DNA of 37,863 nucleotides from IMG/VR virus record IMGVR_UViG_3300009117_000046, positions 1 to 37,863 of that record; one strand, written 5' to 3'. The translations under genes and the position numbers were made by a program. Source of the DNA: a virus. Taxonomy: Duplodnaviria > Caudoviricetes. The notes under the pieces were generated by a model that was not told the DNA's origin, made no database searches, and saw only the letters and a program-made list of their open reading frames with translations. Positions 18,119 to 26,049 of the stretch are shown one piece after another (within the stretch, counting starts at the first letter, position 1; each line of letters begins with the position of its first letter).

Positions 18119-18631
18119 ATGATGACTCACAGTATCAGGGTCAAATCCGCTACGGAATATATCATCGAAGTTAATGACCTGGGGGAAACGATTTCTTTTG
18201 ATGTGGCGGACACCTCGCTCACTTCCCGTTTAGTGGGTGCGATGGAGAAGATCGATTCCTTGGTCAAGGTGTATGAAGAGAGGGCGGGCCAGATCGAATC
18301 AAGGCCCGATGTGCCTTACAATACCGTCATGATAATCAATGAGGAAACGGGCGAGGAGGAAACGCAGACCCTCATCACCCAAAACCAATTTGACAGCGCG
18401 CGGCTGGTAGAGGAATTTTACGGCGAAGCCAGAGCGGCTATGGACACTTTTTTGGGCGAGGGGGCCTGTCGGAAGATCTTTGGCGAGAGGAATTACCTCA
18501 ACATGTTTAATGACCTGCTGGAACAGCTGGAGCCGCATTTCCAGAAGATGGGGGTCAATGCGGAGAAGCTCAAGAAAAAGGCTGTGGAGAAACACTATCC
18601 CAGCCGGGCGCAGCGCAGGGCTTTGAAATGA
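18119..18631 (+). CDS. Tail assembly chaperone
   Basis: IEVNDLGETISFD, MDTFLGEGACRKIFG, C-terminal SRAQRRA. RBS aggaggg before ATG 18119. Confidence 0.8.
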   Translation: MMTHSIRVKSATEYIIEVNDLGETISFDVADTSLTSRLVGAMEKIDSLVKVYEERAGQIESRPDVPYNTVMIINEETGEEETQTLITQNQFDSARLVEEFYGEARAAMDTFLGEGACRKIFGERNYLNMFNDLLEQLEPHFQKMGVNAEKLKKKAVEKHYPSRAQRRALK

Positions 18632-19173
18632 ACGACGACTACCCGGAGTTTATTTGCATAAACGGGGAAGATTATGCAATCAATACCGACTTCCGTTATG
18701 CGCTGGCCTGTTTTGCCTGCATCAATGACTCGGAGTTGAGCGAGTACGAGCGGGCTTACGGGGTGCTGGGCATTTTATACCAGGATGAGCCGGAGGATAC
18801 CAAGGAGGCCCTGCGTCTGGCTATAAAATTCTTGCGCTGTGGCAAGGATGAAGAGGCTTTGAGCAGGAGGGCCGACATGGATTTTGAGTACGATATGCAT
18901 TATATACGCTCGTCTTTCCGCTCGGATTACGGTATCGACCTCAAAGGGGGGCAGATGCATTGGTATGAGTTTTGCGAGCTTTTACAGGGTCTGACTGACG
19001 AGTGTATTCTCAACCGGGTGCGGGACATCCGCAATTATGACCTCTCGACGGTCAAAGATGCCAAGCTGCGGCAAAAGATCGTCCAAGCGCAGAGGGAGCT
19101 GAAGCTGCCAGCGCGTTTTACCAAGGAGGAAGAGGATGCGCTCGATGCTTTTTATGCGCAGCTGGAGTGCTAG
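18628..19173 (+). CDS. Gp15-family (A118-like) tail assembly protein
   Basis: INGEDYAINTDFR, MDFEYDMHYIRSSFRSDYGIDL, MHWYEFCELLQGL, NRVRDIR. Confidence 0.88.
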   Translation: MNDDYPEFICINGEDYAINTDFRYALACFACINDSELSEYERAYGVLGILYQDEPEDTKEALRLAIKFLRCGKDEEALSRRADMDFEYDMHYIRSSFRSDYGIDLKGGQMHWYEFCELLQGLTDECILNRVRDIRNYDLSTVKDAKLRQKIVQAQRELKLPARFTKEEEDALDAFYAQLEC

Positions 19174-19229
19174 CGGGGAGGGAGTGCGCCCTCCTTGACG
19201 TCTTGCGTAGTTAGAGAAGGCGACGCGTT

Positions 19230-19473
19230 GAGAGTAGTTTTACTCCCTCCGCCTCTTCGAAGCACCTCCCTCATGGAAGGAGGCTAGGCTAAATTAGGAA
19301 ATCCTAATTAATGCGGCAAATAAAATATCCAGCTCAAATGGGCATAGATAACATAAATTGAGAAATCCTAATTAATTTAGATGCTGCTTGATGGAGAGTA
19401 GTTTTACTCCCTCCGCCTCTTCGAGGCACCTTTCTCATGGAGGGAGGCTAAGTTAAATTAGGAAATCCTAATT
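19230..19473. repeat. ~80-bp direct repeat (19230-19309 / 19394-19473), each copy ending in an operator
   Basis: gagagtagttttactccctccgcctcttcga.gcacct..ctcatgga.ggaggcta.g.taaattaggaaatcctaatt occurs twice. Confidence 0.9.
19292..19473. promoter_or_regulatory. Three repressor-type operators upstream of moron/TMP cassette 1
   Basis: 19292-19309 aattaggaaatcctaatt, 19356-19373 aattgagaaatcctaatt, 19456-19473 aattaggaaatcctaatt. Confidence 0.82.
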
Positions 19474-19502
19474 TTATTATAGCATGGCTGCAATATTTTG
19501 GG

Positions 19503-19531
19503 TTGAATAATTTATGTAGTTTTGATATGAT
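19503..19531 (+). promoter_or_regulatory. SigmaA promoter of cassette 1 moron
   Basis: TTGAAT, 17 bp, TATGAT with an extended TG. Conserved in the second cassette. Confidence 0.75.
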
Positions 19532-19562
19532 TTAGGTAAATGATGGAAAAGGCGGCCGGGAA

Positions 19563-20087
19563 ATGAAAAAGAGATTATTATTAATTTTTCTGATACTTGG
19601 TTTGATGCTGGCGCTCACCGCTTGTGGCGGAGGGGATTCCACTACTACAGAAGGAACGGATGTTTCAGATACGGTAAATTTATCCGCTGAAGATTTTCAG
19701 AAATTAGCAAAAAAAGAAATGACAGCTTCTATAAAGTACTATAAGGATGTAGTGCTTGAAGAAATACCAAAATTGTCAAAAGAGGTAACAAAGGAACCTA
19801 ATAATATAGAAAAACAAAATGCTGTTAAGGTAAAATTACAAGAAGCAATAGATAAATTAAGGTCTGATGAAAAAAAATATCTTGTTTATTCTGCTGATGA
19901 TAGGTTGACAGAGGATGCACAACAAGCAGCTGATTTATTATATGACGGCTTTATGGAGGCACGTATAAAAGCCTTGCAGCCCATCCTTGTGGTTATTAAA
20001 GGAGAAAGCAACGATATGCCAGAATACTCAAAGATAGTACCTGATGTTGAGGAGAGATATATAGACCCTGCTAAAGGACTTTTATAA
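19563..20087 (+). CDS. AT-rich lipoprotein moron (candidate superinfection exclusion)
   Basis: MKKRLLLIFLILGLMLALTAC lipobox, helical body, own promoter and terminator. Confidence 0.8.
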   Translation: MKKRLLLIFLILGLMLALTACGGGDSTTTEGTDVSDTVNLSAEDFQKLAKKEMTASIKYYKDVVLEEIPKLSKEVTKEPNNIEKQNAVKVKLQEAIDKLRSDEKKYLVYSADDRLTEDAQQAADLLYDGFMEARIKALQPILVVIKGESNDMPEYSKIVPDVEERYIDPAKGLL

Positions 20088-20118
20088 TATATTGGTTAGA
20101 GAATAATGATAAATCTTT

Positions 20119-20146
20119 AAAAAACCGCCTGATTAGGCGGTTTTTT
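20119..20146 (+). terminator. Intrinsic terminator between lipoprotein and TMP1
   Basis: aaaaaaccgcct-gatt-aggcggtttttt. Confidence 0.85.
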
Positions 20147-20167
20147 ATATCCCAAAAAAGGGGTGAT

Positions 20168-21862
20168 ATGATGGCAAGTTATGACGGAACGATACGCATA
20201 AATACAGAGATAGACACTTCGGGCATCCAAAAAGAATTGGAAGATGTCAAAAGTAGTGTGCAAGATGTAAGTGACCAGGCAGTGGAATTAAATAGTAATT
20301 TGCAAGGCTTGAAAGATATAGGCCAAAAGGCACTGGACAAGGCTATCGAATATGGAGCTAAGTTCGAAGATAGCTGGACTATGGTTTCTACACAACTAGA
20401 TACCACGAAGATAGATGTGGAAGAATTAGAAAAAAAGATACTTTCATTGTCTACTTCTACAGGTATAGCGGCTGAAGATATGACTAAAGCTTTATCACGG
20501 GCCTTATCTTCCGGAGTCCTTGACGGAGCTAATGCTGATGAAATCATTAAATATATGAATCAGGTATCTGAGCTATCAAAAGTTACTAATACTGATATTA
20601 GCACTACTACCGATGCTACCACAGATGTGATGAATGCTTATAAACTAAGGCTTAAAGATGTTGCTGCTGTTAATAATGTATTATACCAGGTTCAGCAAAA
20701 AAGCGGTGAGAGTATTGACACAGTAGGGAATTGCATGGCTAGCGTGAGTAGCAACGCGAAAGATTTAAAGGTTGGTTATCAAGAAGTAGGGGCTGCTTTA
20801 TCTACCATGACGAAAAGCATGAGTGCAAAAGAAGCCAGCTCAGGATTAAATGCCTTATTGGATGAATTATCCGATAATAATTCTAAAGCTAGTAATAGTT
20901 TAGCTGAGGCTACAAAAAAGGTATATGGTCATTCTAAATCTTTTCAAGAATTACAAGCTGAAGGCAAAAGTGTTTCCGATATATTGCAATTGATGAAAGA
21001 TAACTTAGGAGGTACCAGTACTTCCTTTGATAGACTGATTGATTCCGAAGCGGGGGCAAATGCTGCCACAAAAATTACTGATGATTATGCTCTAGACTTC
21101 AAAGATAGCCTTACTATATTAAAAACAGAAACAGATACTGTTTCAAATGCTTATGGAGATTTAAGTAACACATTAAATAGCAAATTCGGGAAGGCGGTCA
21201 ATGGAGGCAAGAATGTACTTATCGGTTTTTATGGCGTTCTGGGTCCGGCGCAAGATGCACTTGTCGCCTACCGTCTGAAGCAAGTCCTGCTGGGAGACAG
21301 CTTCAAAAGTTTACCTAAATCGACGGATATCGCCAAGGGAGCGATAAAAAAAGTCGGAGAAGCTTTCAAGACCTTGGGAAGTAAATTAAAAGATGTATTG
21401 TCCAAAATCGGGGAATTCAGCAAAAGCGCGGTCAAAGGGATGGGTACGGCTTTTAGCAGCATTGGGGGGAAGGTAAAAAGCTTTGGCAGCACATCCGTCA
21501 AAGGTCTGGGAAATTCATTTAAGTCTATGGGGGGATTTTTCAAGAGCTTCGGGAAAACGATGGGCGCCGCCATGATTAGCTTCGGTCCTTATCTCTTAAT
21601 CATCGGCGCGGTGGCGGCGGCGGCTTATCTGATTTATGAGAACTGGGATAAGATCAAGCCGGTATTGCTGGCGATTTGGAATGCGATCAAAGAGGCGGCT
21701 CTGGCTGTATGGGGAGGAATCAAAGAATTTTTCAGCACCCTTTGGGACGGTTTAACGGAAGTTTTTAGCACGGTGTGGGGGGTGATAAGCGGCGTTCTTT
21801 CCACCGTCTGTAGAGGCATTAAACAAAAATTAGGATATCCCAATTTAACTAATTATACTTAA
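20168..21862 (+). CDS. Tape measure protein copy 1 (TP901-type core), C-terminally truncated
   Basis: MASYDGTIRINTEID start and core paralogous to copy 2. Homology stops at ~21810 and the frame runs out into the operator region. Confidence 0.85.
   Translation: MMASYDGTIRINTEIDTSGIQKELEDVKSSVQDVSDQAVELNSNLQGLKDIGQKALDKAIEYGAKFEDSWTMVSTQLDTTKIDVEELEKKILSLSTSTGIAAEDMTKALSRALSSGVLDGANADEIIKYMNQVSELSKVTNTDISTTTDATTDVMNAYKLRLKDVAAVNNVLYQVQQKSGESIDTVGNCMASVSSNAKDLKVGYQEVGAALSTMTKSMSAKEASSGLNALLDELSDNNSKASNSLAEATKKVYGHSKSFQELQAEGKSVSDILQLMKDNLGGTSTSFDRLIDSEAGANAATKITDDYALDFKDSLTILKTETDTVSNAYGDLSNTLNSKFGKAVNGGKNVLIGFYGVLGPAQDALVAYRLKQVLLGDSFKSLPKSTDIAKGAIKKVGEAFKTLGSKLKDVLSKIGEFSKSAVKGMGTAFSSIGGKVKSFGSTSVKGLGNSFKSMGGFFKSFGKTMGAAMISFGPYLLIIGAVAAAAYLIYENWDKIKPVLLAIWNAIKEAALAVWGGIKEFFSTLWDGLTEVFSTVWGVISGVLSTVCRGIKQKLGYPNLTNYT
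21608..21810 (+). repeat. ~200-bp segment shared with TMP2 (24496-24698)
   Basis: AVAAAAYLIY.NWDKIKP..LAIWNAIKEAAL..WGGIKEFF..LWDGLT..FSTVW.VIS.VLSTV. About 24 mismatches in 203 nt by manual count, many synonymous. Confidence 0.9.
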
Positions 21863-21974
21863 GGCATACTAAAGCCGGTCATGTCGAATCTCAATTGAAA
21901 AATCCTAATCAACATTGCGGGAAAAGAGAGGGGATTGGGGGTAGAGATAAGTATTAAATTAGTAAATCCTAATT
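21828..21974. promoter_or_regulatory. Three repressor-type operators upstream of moron/TMP cassette 2
   Basis: 21828-21845 aattaggatatcccaatt, 21893-21910 aattgaaaaatcctaatc, 21957-21974 aattagtaaatcctaatt. Confidence 0.8.
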
Positions 21975-22004
21975 TATATTATGGCATGGCTGCAATATTT
22001 TGGG

Positions 22005-22033
22005 TTGAATAATTTATGCGGGTTTGATATGAT
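22005..22033 (+). promoter_or_regulatory. SigmaA promoter of cassette 2 morons, within a ~100-bp repeat of 19454-19553
   Basis: TTGAAT, 17 bp, TATGAT. Flanks are nearly identical to cassette 1. Confidence 0.75.
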
Positions 22034-22064
22034 TTAGGTAAATGATGGAAAAGGCAGGGGAGAG

Positions 22065-22589
22065 ATGAGTATATTTAATCATAAAGATAAAAATAGTAAT
22101 TTCTATATTGATCTTACTCATCTAGAAGGAATAGAATCTTTTTCAAAAGATACGGTTGTATGTCTTAAGTTACATGAGAATGAGTTAGAAATTAAAAGGA
22201 GTTTTTTCACAAAGCCATCTGCTTTTTTAAATTATTCACAAATAACAAATGCAGCTGTAGTCCGTGAGCAAGAAATCATAGAGATTGATAAAAGTGTGGT
22301 TGGCCGGGCGATAGTTGGCGGTTTACTATTAGGGCCTCTTGGAGCGGAAATAGGTGGTATATCAGGAGTCGGTAAAAAGAAAAAAACAAAATATAGTTGT
22401 TATCTAATTATTAACTATATTCCAAGCGCCTCAGAAGAAACATAAGTATTGGTATTCGATGTTGATCCACCACCTACATTAAAACATCTTCAAATGTTTG
22501 AGGCTGAATTAAGGAAAAGAGCAGGACTTTCTGAACTAGGAAAGGAAGAAAAATCAAAATTGGAAGACGAAGAAGAAATCCAATTTTGA
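22065..22589 (+). pseudogene. Moron protein with a premature stop (paralog of 22621-23127)
   Basis: TAA at 22443-22445 where the paralog has Lys. The frame continues VLVFDVD..FEAELRKRAGL to TGA 22587-22589. Confidence 0.82.
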
Positions 22590-22620
22590 TAGTATAGAAG
22601 ACGAAAAGCGGGGGTATAAA

Positions 22621-23127
22621 ATGAGTATATTCAATTCTAGAGATAAAAATGGCAATCTTTATATGGATAGTTTAGAACTTGTAGAAGATATTCCGGGATT
22701 TTCTAAAAATACGACGTTGCGGCTTAAGCTGCTAGCCGATGGTAGATTAGAAATATCAGAGCCTTTTACTAAAAAACCTTATGCTTACCTTAAATATTCA
22801 CAAATAACAAATACGGGTATAATACATCAAAAAGAATTTGTAGAAGTTGATAAGAATGTAATTGGCCGGGCTATAGTTGGTGGCTTACTATTAGGCTCTC
22901 TTGGAGCGGAAATCGGTGGTATATCAGGAATTGGAAAAAAACAGAAGGAAGAACATAATTGGTATTTTATAATTAATTATTTTTCAAGTAGTTCAGAAGA
23001 ACCTAAGGTTTTAGGTTTTAAATTAACATCATTTGCCTTTATGGATGACTTAAAAAAATTTGAACTTGAATTAAGGAATAATATTGGGTTACCTGAAAAA
23101 AAAGAACCGGAAGAATATAATTTATAA
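22621..23127 (+). CDS. Phage moron protein with glycine-zipper segment
   Basis: KNVIGRAIVGGLLLGSLGAEIGGISG, AT-rich, paralog of the upstream pseudogene. Confidence 0.8.
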   Translation: MSIFNSRDKNGNLYMDSLELVEDIPGFSKNTTLRLKLLADGRLEISEPFTKKPYAYLKYSQITNTGIIHQKEFVEVDKNVIGRAIVGGLLLGSLGAEIGGISGIGKKQKEEHNWYFIINYFSSSSEEPKVLGFKLTSFAFMDDLKKFELELRNNIGLPEKKEPEEYNL

Positions 23128-23152
23128 TAGATAGATTTATATAGATTACTAC

Positions 23153-23179
23153 AAACCATCCTATGTAGGGTGGTTTTTT
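23153..23179 (+). terminator. Intrinsic terminator between morons and TMP2
   Basis: aaaccatccta-tg-tagggtggtttttt. Confidence 0.75.
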
Positions 23180-23202
23180 ATTACACAGAAAGGGGTGATG
23201 AT

Positions 23203-25662
23203 ATGGCCGGTTATGACGGAACGATACGTATTGGTACAGAGATAGACGTAAGCGACATAGAAAAAGGGATATCAAATCTTACCGGGGGGCTAAAAGGGAT
23301 AGGAAGCCTCGTTGCTGATCTATTGGCTACTACAGTTAATTTAGGCACGGCATTTGAAGACAGCATGGCCGAGATATCTTTAAAGACTGAGGGAACTGGG
23401 GGCAATATTGATAATTTTAGCGATAAAATAATGCAATTATCAAATTCAACAGGCATAGCGTCTACAGAAATAGCTGATGCTTTATCTCAAGCTTTATCTT
23501 CAGGAGTTCCGGCAACGGAAGATATGGGTACGGCAATGCAATTTATGCAACAGAGCGCACTGCTGGCTACGGCAAGTTGCAGTGATATCGGTTCTGTGGT
23601 AGACACCACCACCAGCGTTTTGAATGCATACGGATTGGGACTGGAGAATACCGCTTCTGTTCAAAATACTTTATACCAATTACAGGAAAAAAGCGGTGAG
23701 AGTTTAGGCAAATTGGGGAGCAGCTTAGCTACTGTAACCCCAATGGCTTCTGCTTTAGGGGTGAGTTTTGATGAGGTAGGAGCCGCTTTATCTACTATGT
23801 CGGCACAAGGGACGTCGACATCGGATGCAACCTCACAATTGAACACATTATTGGGGGAGCTATCGACTAAAGGCTCATTGGCCAGTGAAAGTTTGGCTGT
23901 AGCAACGGAAAAGGCCTTTGGCTCCTCCAAATCTTTTCAGGAATTACAGGATGAAGGAAAAAGTGTCTCTGATATAATGCAAATCCTCTCAGATTATGCT
24001 GCCGATACCGGCTTATCCATGTATGACCTGATAGGCTCGCAAAAGAGCGTATCAGCTGCTTTGCAGCTAAGTGGGGAGAACGCAACGACCTATAGAGATA
24101 ATCTAGCAGAGATCAAAAAAGAAACGGATGCTGTCGCCAAGGCAGCGGAGAAAAACGGTGGTACAGTAGATCAACAATTTAATAAGGTAATAAACGAAGG
24201 TAAGAATACCTTGATTTCTTTTTATGAAGACGGTATCAAACCGGCAGTAGTAAAAATGGGTGAATTTGTTGACTTTTTATCAAAGCATAGGACCCTCTTG
24301 GGTGAACTCGGTATAGCTTTTGGGGCGTTATCTGCACTTATAGTTGCTTATAAATTAAAATTAATGTTAGCTTCAAAACAGACAACATTATGGAAGCTAG
24401 TATCTGGGAAGGCAGTAACGTCAACAAAGGACTTAGGAAATGCATTTAAGCTAATGACTACAACTGGAATGGGGCCAGCAATCCTTATTATTGCCGCGGT
24501 GGCGGCGGCCGCTTATCTGATCTATAAAAACTGGGATAAGATCAAGCCCATACTGCTGGCGATCTGGAATGCGATCAAAGAAGCGGCTCTGGTTGTCTGG
24601 GGAGGAATCAAAGAATTTTTTATCGGCCTTTGGGACGGGTTAACGGATATCTTCAGCACGGTCTGGGAGGTGATAAGCAGCGTCCTTTCCACCGTCTGGA
24701 ATGGCATCGTTTTGGCGGCGACGACTATCTGGGGGGCTCTGGTGACTTTCTTCACTAACCTATGGAATGGCATACAACTGGTTATCAGCACGGTCTGGGG
24801 GGTGATAAGCAGCGTCCTTTCCACCGTCTGGGATAGCATCGTGCTGGTGGCGACGACTATCTGGGGCGAATTGGTAACTTTCTTTACAGACTTGTGGAAC
24901 AACCTGATTTTGGCGGCGACAACTATCTGGACAGGATTGTCGACCTTCTTCTCAGAGCTTTGGACGATCATAACCGAGGCGGTGACTATTGCCTGGACGG
25001 CGATCAAGGAATTTTTCTCCGAGCTTTGGACGGGCATTTCTACCGCGGCGGGCACGGCTTGGCAGGGGGTGCAGACTGTTTGGTCTACTGTTGCCGCCTG
25101 GTTTACGGATAATGTGATAAATCCGCTTCTGGCGACCTTTGGCAACCTCAAGAACGGGATCATCCAAATCTGGAACGATATCTGGAAAGGCATCAAGACC
25201 GTGATCAACGATTATATCTTATCGGGTATAGAGGCTTTTATCAACGGCATCATCAGCGGTGTCAATTCCCTGATCGAGGCGCTGAACAGGCTTAAGATCA
25301 GCGTGCCGAATTGGGTGACGAAGCTGACCGGGATAAGTTCCTTTGGCTTTAGCCTGAAGCCCATAGACGCGGTTTCCGTTCCCCGCCTGGCGCAGGGGGC
25401 GGTCATCCCGCCCAACAGGCAATTTCTGGCGGTATTGGGAGATCAGAAGAGCGGCGTCAATATCGAAACGCCGCTTGACACGATGGTCGAGGCTTTCAAG
25501 GCCGCTATCGGCGAGATGGGCTTGGGCGGTTCCGCCAGTACCGATGTCCATATCAGTTATGAAGGCAGCCTCGCCAAGCTGGCGCAGGTATTGCAGCCGC
25601 ATATTACGGCCGAGACCAGCCGCAGAGGTATAAAAGCAGTGAAAGTGGGGAGTTTGGCATGA
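23203..25662 (+). CDS. Tape measure protein copy 2 (full length, ~819 aa)
   Basis: MAGYDGTIRIGTEID start, Trp-spaced 11-aa repeats, C-terminal VPRLAQGAVIPPNRQFLAVLGDQKSGVNIETP. Coupled to the next gene. Confidence 0.93.
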   Translation: MAGYDGTIRIGTEIDVSDIEKGISNLTGGLKGIGSLVADLLATTVNLGTAFEDSMAEISLKTEGTGGNIDNFSDKIMQLSNSTGIASTEIADALSQALSSGVPATEDMGTAMQFMQQSALLATASCSDIGSVVDTTTSVLNAYGLGLENTASVQNTLYQLQEKSGESLGKLGSSLATVTPMASALGVSFDEVGAALSTMSAQGTSTSDATSQLNTLLGELSTKGSLASESLAVATEKAFGSSKSFQELQDEGKSVSDIMQILSDYAADTGLSMYDLIGSQKSVSAALQLSGENATTYRDNLAEIKKETDAVAKAAEKNGGTVDQQFNKVINEGKNTLISFYEDGIKPAVVKMGEFVDFLSKHRTLLGELGIAFGALSALIVAYKLKLMLASKQTTLWKLVSGKAVTSTKDLGNAFKLMTTTGMGPAILIIAAVAAAAYLIYKNWDKIKPILLAIWNAIKEAALVVWGGIKEFFIGLWDGLTDIFSTVWEVISSVLSTVWNGIVLAATTIWGALVTFFTNLWNGIQLVISTVWGVISSVLSTVWDSIVLVATTIWGELVTFFTDLWNNLILAATTIWTGLSTFFSELWTIITEAVTIAWTAIKEFFSELWTGISTAAGTAWQGVQTVWSTVAAWFTDNVINPLLATFGNLKNGIIQIWNDIWKGIKTVINDYILSGIEAFINGIISGVNSLIEALNRLKISVPNWVTKLTGISSFGFSLKPIDAVSVPRLAQGAVIPPNRQFLAVLGDQKSGVNIETPLDTMVEAFKAAIGEMGLGGSASTDVHISYEGSLAKLAQVLQPHITAETSRRGIKAVKVGSLA

Positions 25663-26039
25663 GCGACATCATCACTATCGATGGTACGACCTATGATGTG
25701 AAGATCACTTCTTTGGTGCAGAGCTCTGAATTCGCGGAGAAATACTGCGAGCGCACCGAGAGCTATAATCTACAAAGGGAGCTGGCGGGGATTTTTTACA
25801 ATTATCAGCTGACTCTGGGGGACAATCAGGACGAGGCGGTGATGCGGGCTCTTTGGGCCAAGCTTCATGAATTCACCGAGTACCACACGGTGAAGCTGCC
25901 TCATGACGGCGGCTTTCTCACCTTTCAGGCCTATATCACCGGAACTTCGAGGAAGCTTTTGAAGCGGGTGGACGGAAATAATAAATGGGGCGGCTTTGTG
26001 ATCGAGTTCCTGGCCAAAGCCCCGCAGATCACAGGTTAG
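25659..26039 (+). CDS. Distal tail-like protein
   Basis: IITIDGTTYDV, RELAGIFYNYQL, HTVKLPH..LTFQAYIT, FLAKAP. Directly after the TMP. Confidence 0.7.
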   Translation: MSDIITIDGTTYDVKITSLVQSSEFAEKYCERTESYNLQRELAGIFYNYQLTLGDNQDEAVMRALWAKLHEFTEYHTVKLPHDGGFLTFQAYITGTSRKLLKRVDGNNKWGGFVIEFLAKAPQITG

Positions 26040-26049
26040 GGGGTGCGCT

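Noticed and set aside
18600-18640. Programmed frameshift between the tail chaperone and gp15
   Set aside because: No clear XXXYYYZ slippery heptamer at the junction. The ATGA overlap explains coupling.
19292-21974. 18-bp palindromic repeats with 46-47-bp unique spacers as a mini-CRISPR array (with Cas4-like DUF2800 in the element)
   Set aside because: Repeats are too short and degenerate, there are only three per cluster, no cas operon is present, and the same motif sits inside the early promoter spacer, which fits an operator.
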